NCBI GenBank assembly: GCA_051294905.1 | Contig: CM119371.1 | Coordinates: forward strand, 30,878,001 to 30,942,000 | Length of the DNA: 64,000 nucleotides | DNA from: Botryllus schlosseri | Lineage: Eukaryota | Reading direction: 5' to 3' | Shown here: in pieces, positions 50,062-62,102 of the stretch | Position numbering within the stretch: the first letter of the stretch is position 1 | Layout: every line of letters starts with the position of its first letter | Made by a program: the position numbers and the translations under genes | The notes under the pieces: generated by a model | Seen by the model: only the letters and a program-made list of their open reading frames with translations | Told to the model about the DNA's origin: nothing | Database searches by the model: none

Positions 50062-52064
50062 GTTCGCACTTGACCTGATTACTTATCTGCAGAAATGGAA
50101 ATAACTATAAATCGAGAGATTGCGTATGCCTAACTGGAAAGGTCAACGAGTTCGGACACATACGCAATTGTTATCTCATAGATTGGACAAGGAAATGTCA
50201 TATTGAATCCAAAACATCATTCTGAAGAACTACGGATAGCAGCCTCGGAAATTCGGTCCCGGTACAGCTTGGGAGATTCTGGCCTTGAGGCTGGAGACTG
50301 TCGCACGACACATACGGCTTACGGTCTATAGTGTCTATATGTCTGCTGCAAAATCGCCTTCGGAAAATATATTACCGAATAAATACGTGGATGAAAGCCG
50401 AAAACTTGGTACACTGTTACATGAAATCATCGAGAAGTATAGCCTCATGACCGTTTTCGGTATGGTACACTGTCAAAATTAATACGAACAGATCAACGCC
50501 GAATTTTGCGTAATATTTACTGAGGAATCGGCTGATCAATCGATCAGCTGTTAGCCGCCATCGAAAACGAAACAGCTATCGCGCTTGACAGGGGTTGTAA
50601 TTGTGAGCAAATGGCCCGAAGGCCACCATTCCACGGTGAAATTGACATTGGAGAATATAAAATAAAACTAAATATTTGAATGCAAACCGAGGATGTTAGT
50701 AAACTGTTTCATGATATCATCATCTCATCACCTATCTCAGTATGGAACACAGATACACCGGCTTTTGCGTGAAATCCGCAATGCGTTAGGTAGGCTAAGT
50801 GTCAGATCAGCGCACATCTCTACCATACTCGAACTTAATAACGAAATTGCTGCCCTAATCATTGAGTGTCAACCTTGAGACTTGGCACAGCGTTCGATAC
50901 TAAAATCAAAACATACCATGTAAAAGTTCATGACGGATCTAGCTAAGGAGCATCGTTAAAATCAATGGAGACCAATACCGGCTTTGCGTGAAATATGTTT
51001 GCGATACATGACCGATCAGCACACACTCGACTTTGGAAACGGAATTACTACCCTAAACTTTGAGTAGAAACCCTGAAACTTAGGACAGTGTTAAATACCA
51101 CCATCACGACATGACATACCAAGTTTCAAGAATTATCATGGTGTGAAACACCATCAAAATCGACCTGTACCAGCAACGGTCGACTCAACGCATATCACGG
51201 TATCCGAGTTCAGATATAGATACGATTGTTACATCACACCTTAGGGGCGAGCAAGCATATTTGCCCCGGTTGCTCGGCCATTTTACGAATAGGAGAGAGT
51301 AAAGCAACGTTTCTTAATTGTGCGCAGCTTTGAGAGAATAGATAGTGAAAGCTTGTTATGAGCGCTACCGGGGCAAGCCCCGGCTAGGCATTCACAAAGC
51401 GAAAACACAGAAGAGAATTCGATTTTCGCGGAGACTTCGCTATGTATGGGCATTTGCAAGCGAAAGCACAAGAAGAACGCGGGTTTCGCTGTGATCTCGA
51501 TATATATTGAGCGCTGTGCGTCTATAAATGGTTAAATTGTTATTGAACAGAATTTTAGGTGGGTCAATGCCCCAGTTGCCATATAGGACGAGCCGCCACT
51601 GCTGAATTCCAAGAATCTTTTCGCAGGCCACACAGAATAGCTCCACGGGTCACATTTGGCCCGCGGGCCGCACTTTGCCCATGTCTGCTGTGATGGTGTA
51701 AACCTGTGAAAAGTTCTGGTTACTGTGAACGCGAACCTTTTTGAAAGGTTCCATGTGAACGAGAACGTGAAACCACAGTGTCCTATATCGTGTGGACACA
51801 AGTAAATCTCACGATTCATTAAAACCGGTTTAGGTCACACTTTCCCTTTGGCCAATGATATATATACAATGATTGGAAACTGCCACGCCCCCTAACGCTG
51901 TAAGGTTTACTCCCGCCGAAATCAGCGTGTGCGCGGATAAGGTTGACTGCATACACTTCATTGAGTAATGTTGACCGTGGTGGAGTACTGCTATCACCTT
52001 TGCTGGCAGTTATTCCACTTTTTTTTCGTTTGTTGGTTGATTTTTAACAGGTTTTGCGAGCATA

Positions 52065-52630
52065 GTGAGACAGTACTGCATACTAAGGTCTAATCAAACT
52101 TCCGCCAATGCGCAATATTCAGGTACTGACTAGCTGCTTAGGTTTTTGTACCTGTGGATGAGCGTAAAAAAGCTTGGAAAATTAGGACAGATTGAGATTC
52201 GAACATTTTAAAGCATCAATTACGCCATCTGATATCTTGAAAGCGAAACTGATTAAGATGCTTTTGTGAGTAATCTTATTGCTGGTGGGTGGCCAACCTG
52301 AAAATTCGATGAGACCCATTTAACAGAAAGCAATTTTATTGAAGGCTACTATAATATTTATAACTATTTTTTCTCACTAATAGTTGATTGATGAATAGTT
52401 GGTTGCGTCAGATGTGAGATAGTGTTGCATACCAGGGTGTGCTAAAACCTCTGCCAATGCGCATTTGTTTAAATTTTCAGCAAAACGTTTTTGTACTGGC
52501 GCCAAATATGAATGGGCGGAAAAACTTGAGAAATTTATAAGGAGCATGCGTCAATATCGTGGCTGGATCAATTGTACAAAAAAAGACGATTTAAAGATTT
52601 GCGAACTTCATTCGCGTCATCTGATTTGTT
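52065..52630 (+). pseudogene. Two tandem decayed THAP zinc-finger coding remnants, probably from a DNA transposon
   Basis: Copy 2 (from 52414) reads VR*CCIPGCAKTSANAHLFKF...EW...KICELH followed by a frameshift, i.e. the C2CH THAP signature; copy 1 (from about 52065) is a more decayed duplicate. Confidence 0.65.
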
Positions 52631-53564
52631 GAAAGGTGCAAAGCATAATTTTACGACTTAAAAAAACAGTTTTTCTAAAAAGGACTTTGTGTAACACACT
52701 GTTTAAAACATGTTTCAAACAAGCTGTATTAAAACACCGTTTGTTTTACATACAACCGTACAGCCAATGGTCCATCCAAGCTGCGCGCTTGCGCCGCCGC
52801 GTACAGTAAAATATGTGCCTCGCACAAAAAGCCGACTCACCACATTGTCCTCTGTAACGGATTTCAACATGATACGCACTGTTGTACAAGGGACCGTGCA
52901 GTAAGATGCAGACTCGTGAAAAGGGGAACACTGCTCACAGCCTGTCAGAGATAATCTCCTGACTGGATTAGACGATTCTGGCTCTTGATCTTGAAGCTTA
53001 CCAAATTCAGGGGTGGGTCGCGGAACATTATCATATAGGAAATTGGTTTTCAACCATAATAAGATTGGGAACCCCTGTGTTAGAGAGATATGCACGCAAC
53101 CGCAGTTATCGCATTTTCGTTTGAAGTCATTATTATATCGCATATTCAAATCGTGTATCAGTCAAAACTGGGAATTGGACGGCTATCCATTGCGTCGTAG
53201 ATGCATCCGTAGTATATTTTTACTACAATATAAACATAAGTTGACTAATGTCTCGGTTTGATGGACTGGGATTGTAGCAATTCCATTTGTGCCCCACCAG
53301 TATCACGTGATAGTTAGCATAGTAGTGTGACAATTGAATAGTATATTCACATTGAAATGAACCGGAATATTTTCGGCTGACACTCGTCAGGGGTAATTGT
53401 CAGCAACTAGTGGAGAATTGGAAATTACATTGTATATCAACAATTGTTTCACATATTATGACGTCACCGACATGAAATTTCGAATATTCGGGGAAAAAGA
53501 AAGCGCTTAAGCTCAATGTACTATTTTTAGATGGTCGGCCTACACAAACTGCTTCTGTAGGCAT

Positions 53565-53669
53565 AGGCTTGGTTGTCGTATTTTGATAAAAGTCGACTCC
53601 GAGGCACCTGTTCACACTTTGATTTGGGTGCTTTGGATCGACTTTTATCAAAATACGACGACCAAGCCT
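53565..53669. repeat. 105-bp near-perfect hairpin / mini-MITE
   Basis: AGGCTTGGTTGTCGTATTTTGATAAAAGTCGA ... TCGACTTTTATCAAAATACGACGACCAAGCCT. Confidence 0.8.
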
Positions 53670-53683
53670 TTGCTATTTTAGAT

Positions 53684-55126
53684 CAGTGGTTCTCAACCGC
53701 CGGTCCGCGAAGACTTTCCTGCCGGTCCGCCAGGCTTATTACAATTTTATACCTTAGTTTCAAGATGAATTATGTTGAAGGCTTGTCCATTGATAAAACA
53801 AATATGAATCAAATTTTAAACTGATTCAAAACTTTGTGGGGTAACATATTCGATTTGACTTAAATTAGTTCAAGCCATGTCATTTGATGACATGAAAGCG
53901 ACAAGTAAAATCTGACTCGCTAAACCGCGCAGTTTGCGCGATCATTCGTTTTCGAATCACTAGTTTTGTGCGACCGTAACTGCCGCACCCCAAACTGAAT
54001 CGGGGTCGTGCTTGAGAGGATCCGAAATCATTTAGTGAATGACCATAAATTATAGAGTATTTTTCTTAAACTTTAAGCAACTTTTTCAACTTCTTTCCCA
54101 CTTTTATGCGATTTAGTGTCTCTAAATGTCTTGATTATTGAGTGCCCTTCCCCCAACAAATACGAATGATTTAGTGAAATAGGCATTTCGGCGTTAGCCA
54201 ATACCGCCCCACGACTCACCAACACATTATGGAGTTTAGGATGACATGGGACTCCAAGAAGTGTGCCCAAAAATTCGGCCGCTGGAAAACCTTCACCGAA
54301 AAGGACTGTCCTTTGTTGACCGAAAACTTCAATATATATGTCTAAATGTGCATAGGCACCTAGCTGCCCTGGAAATCTGTAGGCCAGAGGACAAATGCCA
54401 TACCACAGAGAAAAAATTATTTGCCAGTAAAAAAAATTCAACTTGAAATCGTGGAAAGATAGAAAATTTATAGCAATATATACATGTAATTATTAATATT
54501 ATTGACCGTTTAAGTCATGATATATGGAAAATTGTCGCGCTTAGTGCGATTAGGTCACATCAAGTGTTTGCCTGCACTGAGTAGAATGATTGCGCTCGCG
54601 TGTTGGTGAAAACATCCATCACGCTGAGGGGTGTGAAGGGGGGGAGAAGCACAGAAGTTGGGGTTATCACCCTGTGATGGGCTGGGCAATATCAAAGTGT
54701 GTTGGGGAGTGGACTGACGAAGTGCTTTTTCGGCCCTGATTTTGTGGATGGCCAGATATAGCTGTTGTCAGATGTTTTCGTGCGGCGCACTGGTGGTCGT
54801 GGGCAATGAGCAGGATAACACGACGATAAGGTACTTGGATGGACTCCAAAAGGCTTCTTCTCTCGATATTGTCGGAGATAAGAATATTATTCGAGTTGGC
54901 ATGACCGGTCAAATCCGCGGCTTCCGGCAAGAAAGGCTTTGATCGACTCTCCGCGGTAGCACGTTGCTAAAACCACATCGATGCCATCTTGAACATAATT
55001 AATTGTGATCAAAACCCTCAAATATCACTCTCTAGCACCATATAATTGCAAGAAAATGGTGCATACTTCACGCTTTGAGTTAATTTTAATTTTTGAAATG
55101 TTACCAGAAAAGGTTGAGAACCACTG
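53684..55126. mobile_element. Non-autonomous hAT (Charlie-like)
   Basis: TIR CAGTGGTTCTCAACC...GGTTGAGAACCACTG; perfect TSD TTTTAGAT. Confidence 0.85.
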
Positions 55127-56496
55127 TTTTAGATAGTAGCCCGCAGGCACCGCGTTAGTGACCCCTGACTAAGTCAGTTGCGTCCTCGTGGTCGTTTCCA
55201 TAGTAAGGTGCGTATCCCCATATCCAAGTTAAGAGGGCTTCCAAATTGTGGTAAGATTACATCAGTGTGCACCTTCGAACCGTATTGTTATCACTCCAGA
55301 CTGAAGAAATAAATGAAAATCAGTGTGGTAGTCGCCGTCTGTAGTCATTTGTCCGTGACTCTTGATTTTGAATGTGGTAAGATCAAGCTATGCTGCTATG
55401 ATGTGACGTATGCAATATGCAACTTCCACTCTGGGCTCATGGTTTCATATGTTGTTTTTCAGGGTTGGGAAAATTTTCATGGCTTCGATTGTGATATGAA
55501 TAAATGGAGAATAAGGTCGGGTCACGGGGGCAAGGGAATGCCCCACTGTAAACGGAAACGGTGTATTTTGCCGATTTTCACCCTAGCGTTGGGCGTAAAT
55601 ATTGTAAAATTCCCCCATAAGTTTTCAAATTTCTATTTCACACCCTTCCAGCGTGCGAAAATGAGTCAAATACACCATTTCTTACGGAGATATATCCCAG
55701 GGATGTTTGTTTTGTTTTTATTCGCACAACATTTGCGCTTATCGTCTATAAGGTCATTTGCCCCCAGTACATCACTTTCAGTAATGTCAACTGTCTTTTT
55801 ACGGTCTTTTCGTCGTATAACGGACGACTTCCATGCACGCGCTCTTCCACCATCAGTCTCTCACGATTTTCATGCGCCCGCAACTTAGTCTTTTTGGTGC
55901 CATCTTTCAGGAGTTCGGCTCTCTCTTTCTCTGGGCTTTTCAAGGCGCTGTATTTACAGCGGGATCGGCGATGAGGATCCCAGGGATGTGGTGGGTTCTG
56001 TTTTCTAGTGCCACCCCACGTAATACTAATTAGGTGGTTCACGCTAACACTACCCCGTATACTAAACCCACTATTAGCTTTAGATAACTCAAGTCGTATT
56101 CGACTACTGGATATAAATAACTAAGTCCGACTCGACGCTGAAATCCATTGGTAATGCGATAGTGCAACACTCGGCAGTCATAAGCAAATAAGGGTCGACG
56201 AATTTCCGATTTTGTCGTGAATCACAGTGTGTGGTTTCAACTGCGAGTGTTCATGAGCCGTAAAAAGTTTCCGATATAGTTTTCATGCCCATTACTCTCG
56301 ATCCAAAACGCCATAAAAGTGTTGAAAAAACCGATATTATGTTCCGCAGAATACTGCGACAGGTTTTAAATCTCATGGTGCCACATTTCCTTTTCTGAAA
56401 TCATTGTGATATGACCGACTACAGACGCTACTTGGAATGATTTAGAGAACCGGCTTTCCCACTATTTGATGCTAGATGCCTTATATATCCACTGGT

Positions 56497-58837
56497 TAGG
56501 GTGGAGTGAAAATGACTTTTTTTTCAAATCGAAAAAAGGGCTTCCTCAATCCTGACAAATGACCTAAAACTTCAATAAAAAGTGACTTCAGGGTATTCCC
56601 CCCATTTTCCAGCTGGCAACCCCCCAATTTCTGCGCGTGGGGGGGTAAAATACCCCATCTCGGCAACCGTTGATCGTAGAGTCATGATATATAGCTCAAA
56701 ATCTGCGGAAATATCATGTTTCTATCTGTCTTAAGAAGAAAGTTTTCTCTATTGTTAACAAAGAATGAGTTATAGCCAAAAAACAATATATACGCACATT
56801 TTTGTTGAAATTCAGCATGTATTCTGACGAATTGCGATCAGTCATCAGTTTTTTTGAATAGAAAAGTAACACACTGACAATAGCTAATATTGGGCTGATA
56901 ATACAAATATATTCACAACACAGTTCTTTTAAAATCGGTTCAAAACATCATAATGAAACACTCACATTTAACGACTTATTGAAAATGCATTTTTGTGTCA
57001 AATTTTTTTCATCAGTTTACGAAACTAAATTTTTTGGCGAATGAGGCCATCTCGTCTTTTAAATCCCGAAATTTGCGCTGATCCTTCTGTTACGAGCTTT
57101 ACATGTCCTTCCACTGTTCAATTGTGGCATGGATGAAACAAAATCAGAGGCTTCTCGCGGCATTCTTCCAACTCTGCATCAGTTAAGTGCTCAATCGCTG
57201 GAGGAAGATGTTGATAAGGTTCAACATCAACCAACTCGTGGCATGCCTTGGCTTCCAAGTTCTACTTTGGGACACAGAATAAACGAATAGGACCGCAGTT
57301 CAATTGGTTGGAACTGCTATGACTTTAAATGTCCATAAGTGAATTTTGTTCAGCGGCATGTTTTCGAATCGCAAGCACCTTGGTCACACCCAATTGGAAA
57401 AAACTACATGGAAGAGTATCTTGTTGGCCAGTTACTCAATTCAAAAAGCTCTCGCCAGCACTTTTAGCTTGTCCAAAGCTCCCATCCGAAGTTGTGAATG
57501 ACTCAAGTACGGACCAGTTATATGCTTATAAAATGTGCTGGGCAATTATTCAAGTAAATGTTGATGATGATCTGGCTTATTTGGAGGTTGGACCAGTTGT
57601 GCCTTCAAGATGGCTAACTTTGGGATGCAGAGTTTTACTGTATTGATTGTTGATGAACTGCCTTTGAACCTGGAGATTCTGGATTGTGTTTGCCTTGAAG
57701 TATATTTTCCGATTTGGTTTGAGATCAAGCTAAACAAACATATGACACATGGATCCAGAATCTTCTTTAACTTGATTCAATGGGTTTTGAATTTGTCTGA
57801 CTAAAACGTTAGGAAAATTGCTTTGAATGTGGTGATAAGAAACCGTTATTTCGCACACCCCGAAAATATTATGATTGCAATGCTGGCAGATGATAATGAA
57901 GACATACGAAATAAGGGTGTGACCAAGGTGCTTGCGATTCGAAAACATGCAGCTGAACAAAATTCACTTATGGACATGCAGTGACAGCAGTCATGTCAGT
58001 ATGATATGCAGTCATAGCAGTTCCAACCAATTGAACTGCGGTCCTATTCGTTTATTCTGTGTCCCAAAGTAGAATTCGGAAGCAAAGGCATACCACGAGT
58101 TGGTTGATATTGAACCTTATCAACAACTTCCTTTAGCGATTGAGGACTTAACTGATGCAGAGTTGGAAGGATGCCGCGAGAAGCCTCTGACTTTGTTTCA
58201 TCCATGCTACAATCAAACAGTGGAACCACATGTAAAGATCGTGACAGCAGCATCAGCACAAGTTTCGGGATTTGAAAGACGAGATGGCCTCATTCGCCAA
58301 AAAATTAAGTCTCGTAAACTGATGAAAAACTTTGACACAAAAATGCATTTTCTATAAGTCGTTAAATGTGAGTGTTTCATTATGATGTTTTGAACCGATT
58401 TTAAAAGGACTGTGTTGTGGATATATTCGTATTATGGGCCCAATATTCGCTATTGTCAGTGTGTTACTTTTCTCTTCAAAAAAAACTGATGACAGATCAC
58501 AATTCGTCAGAATAAATGCTGAATTTCAACAAAAATGTGCGTAAATATTGTTTTTTGGCTATAACTCATTTTGTGTTCACAATAGAGAAAACTTTCTTCT
58601 TAAGACAGATAGAAACATGATGTTTCCGCAAATTTTGAGCTATATATCAGGACTCTACGACCAGCGGTTGCCGAGATGGGCCATTTTACCCCCCACGCGC
58701 AGAAATTGGGGGGTTGCCAGCTGGAAAATGGGGGGAATACCCTGAAGTCACATTTTATTGATGTTTCAGGTCATTTGTCAGGATTGAGGAAGCCCTTTTT
58801 TCGATTTGAAAAATAAAGTCATTTTCACTCCACCCTA
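56497..58837 (+). mobile_element. Foldback DNA transposon (hATm-like, TAGGG termini): 828-bp inverted arms around a decayed transposase core
   Basis: 56497-57324 is the diverged reverse complement of 58010-58837. Core fragments include STDQLYAY..SRWLTLGCR, VYFPIWFEIK, HPENI and HPCYNQTVEPHVK..RDGLIR. The superfamily assignment is from recall. Confidence 0.8.
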
Positions 58838-58949
58838 ATATCCAGTGTCTGTGGTCTTCGACGTAATAACCACTGTTACAGTTGGATACGGTACCACGCA
58901 AAAAATACATCTCACCCAGACACGAAGGCATTACTTATGACTATATATT

Positions 58950-61900
58950 TTATTTCTCGTCAGATATGGCTTTCAGTCGATAGGTAACGCGTTTCGAAAG
59001 ACTATAGTCACATTTTCCGAACAGGTAATAGACAAATCGGATAATTATGTACATGTATCCGCTCTTTTTGTGATTACTCCCAACTATGGAACCTCCCCCA
59101 TTTCCGTCATCTCCACAGGCATGGTATGGTTATGTGTGACCTTGGATTGTGTTGTTCTTATCCGCCTTAGTTTGTTCCAAACGATTTCAGGCAGATCCGA
59201 ATAAAGCAGTGGTTCAGGGCGCTATTTATCGGCACGATAAGGAGTCCAGCTGGCAAGTATACGTCGTTCGGGATAGCCACTCCTTAAAAAAAGAATAGTC
59301 AACTTTAAAGTTTTTCATGCTTTCAATCAACATTTAACTGCTCAATCATAGCCATCTCATGAAAAAAACTCGTTTTACAAATACTCTGGGAAGTTGCAGC
59401 AGAGATATCGAGAGACCTTGTTTTCAGTGGCGTGGACTAAGCAATGGTTACATTATATATCACAACGCAATGACAGATGTAGAGGGTGAAAGACGCCAAT
59501 GCTCCTTCAAACTTCTGACCTGTAGGCTGTGACGTGGGTCGTTTCTGCTGCGTCACAATAGACCTTTTTGGCGTCAAACTTGATTCCCTCGATACATCTC
59601 GTGTCATTACAGAAAGCGGATATAACAAATTCTGGAGATGGATACTTACAAACCATTCCGAATGTAGTTATTACCATGTATTCTTACCATTTAGAGTCAG
59701 AAAGCCCATTATGCATATTGGTATCCAGCACAAAAAGTCCGATATCACGATTCTTGTCAGCTTGCGTTGTAGGTTTGTGTTTTCTTCATTATTCTTGTCG
59801 TCACCCATAGCTAAGTTCTTTTTGGCTCGTCTACGCAGCATCCATGCGGAATATTATAATACATTGCGGTGTTAAGAAGACAGATTTAGGATTTAGAAAT
59901 GAAGGTTCATCATACGTTTTCTACTTATCTCAGTATTTGATACCGTCACCTAAATGTCAGTTCGCCACAGTGGAATGCACTTTAGCAACTTCATTTTCAG
60001 ATTTAACGACACTGAATTGGAGACTCGAATTCCTAAAACGTAGGCCTATATATCGCCGTTTGGCATCTTGATGAGTCGTCTCTACCTTGATCACACACGC
60101 ATTCATTGCATTTACTGTATCTCAAGAACTCGTACCTGTAAAATAGAATGTAGCAAACGACCATAAACAGGAAACACACAAAGTTGATGAGCAGCAAGAA
60201 GAACGTATACGCCCACGCCTTGTCCATCGACGGGTCGGGGAAAAACGTCGGAAGACACACAGTATGACTCGAATAGTAACCGAATTCATACGCCACTGTT
60301 ATGTTAGGATCGATTTTCCGGATCAGATCCCGCATTCTGCTCCAGTCCGTCTGACTGTGAATCGAATTTAACTTATTCCACGTGGAAGATTTTATGTTGC
60401 ATGAAAACGTAAGCACGTTACCCAGATCCCTGCCCTTGATCTGAGGTCAGTTGGTCCAGCCACTTGTCCATGTATGGGATTTCTTGATAATGCATCACCT
60501 TGAATATCCGATTTTCGGTAAACCTGAACGTTTAATGAGTCTCATCAGTTTATATTAAGCATTCAATATAGAATTATTAAATAGCAAGATGAGCCAGTGG
60601 ATTAAGCGGAGATTATTACCAGCCCATAATGCAAGTAGAGTTGGAAGTGGGCCATGTACACCAGGCTGGAACTCTGCACCATACGAATAGGTGATAATGG
60701 AGCCAATTACGGCCCTTTCTGAGTCAGAAAAACTGGTCTGCGTTTCGTGAAATGAAAATTACATGTATACATGTCGAAATGTGTACATTGGATTTGAGTC
60801 GCATAGGGAAATTCTAGCAATATGTTATAATGATATTGTGTATTCCCGTTACTTTTTAAACATCGAACAACTTACTAAATTCTAAAAGAGGACGGTTACT
60901 CAAATTGACAAGAAAAAAGAAAAATAATTCAATATCTCGTCCGATATATAGTTGGTTCGAATCCGAAAATCTTGCACCGAGTTTGATCTCAGATGCAAAC
61001 TAAAACCAACTGTTGCATACCCAACGCTACTGACGAAGTAATCTTCAATCTGTGGAATCAGTGGGACGACCCCAAGAATGACTGATGCTGTCCAAGATAT
61101 GGCAATCGCGATGGTCACAACAGTCGGATTTGGTTTCGAGAACGGGCTGAAATAAATGAATAAATATTCATATCGAAATAGCACAAGATTCTTCAGACAT
61201 TTTCGATGTTGGCTTCCTGGCCTGCAGAGTCAAGCCATGTAAGACATTGTTGTGGAACATTTTTACAGGTGCGGGTTGTCAGTTATGTCGACGTATGTTT
61301 CGTAGTAGACTTAGTGCACGAAAATAGTTTGGAAAATAATAAGGATCAAACAATGCATAAACAATTGTGAATGACCAGGTCTTTGCAGCATGCGTGACTG
61401 TTAAATTGCCCCATCTCCAGTACTCGCTTTTATCATAAATTAGTTCCAACTCGCGCTCCGAAGCTCATTGACATTGATCCATTGTACGAGTCAATCGGTA
61501 GTCACTATCATCCGTTGCAGCTACAAACTTGTGATTACTATGCTTTCAAATCCCCATCGACGTGGTTACTTAGAAAAGGTGGCACCAAAAGACACAATTC
61601 CGAATTTTGTGAAGGTTCGCTGTTAAATGACGTGAATTCAGACATTAGTGACAGCATAGCCTCTTATGAAACACATCGTAGCCGGAGCTGTTTTTCAAAC
61701 ATCTGTACCGTCATTGAATCGTAGAAATCTGCTTCTGTAGAATAATTTACCTCATCACAGAATGTAACCTCTGCGCTGCAATGATTACCATGGCGAGAAC
61801 CGATTGCTCGGATCCAATAACTAATATCGCGCCTAGCGCTGAACAGGTACCGCTGCCTCTCCACTCCCTGTCGATTTTGCAATAATCCGTATTGGTTTGC

Positions 61901-62102
61901 GAAGCCTTTATGCATATCGAGAAGGCATAGATCTGAATAAAGGTAGAACACATCTTATATTTGTTCACACATTTTACCAGGAATAAAATGTCAATATTCC
62001 TTACCCCGACAAACAAATCAGAAATAGCGAGATTCAATACCATTCGATTCATTAGCTTGTTATGTTCGGAACTGCTGGTGGCGACACCTCGGGTGATTAG
62101 AG
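58950..62102 (-). pseudogene. Rhodopsin-class GPCR of the LGR/GRL101 (relaxin-receptor-like) type, TM2-TM7 exons, apparently disabled; 5' part outside the window
   Basis: Exons 62102?-62005, 61932-61751, 61146-61021, 60523-60422, 60354-60136, 59830-59688, 59282-58950 with matching phases. Motifs LNLAISDLFVG, CSALG, FGYYSSHTVCLP, SDFLCWIPI, PINSALN(P)LLY; 1-nt deletion in NPxxY at about 59211. Confidence 0.8.

Larger units (their letters stand above)
45726..51601 (-). mobile_element. Full-length hAT transposon
   Basis: 14-bp perfect TIR CAGTGGCGGCTCGT...ACGAGCCGCCACTG; perfect 8-bp TSD CTGAATTC. Confidence 0.9.

Noticed and set aside
55313..56042. 191-aa and 98-aa ORFs
   Set aside because: No recognisable motifs or splice structure; likely chance ORFs.
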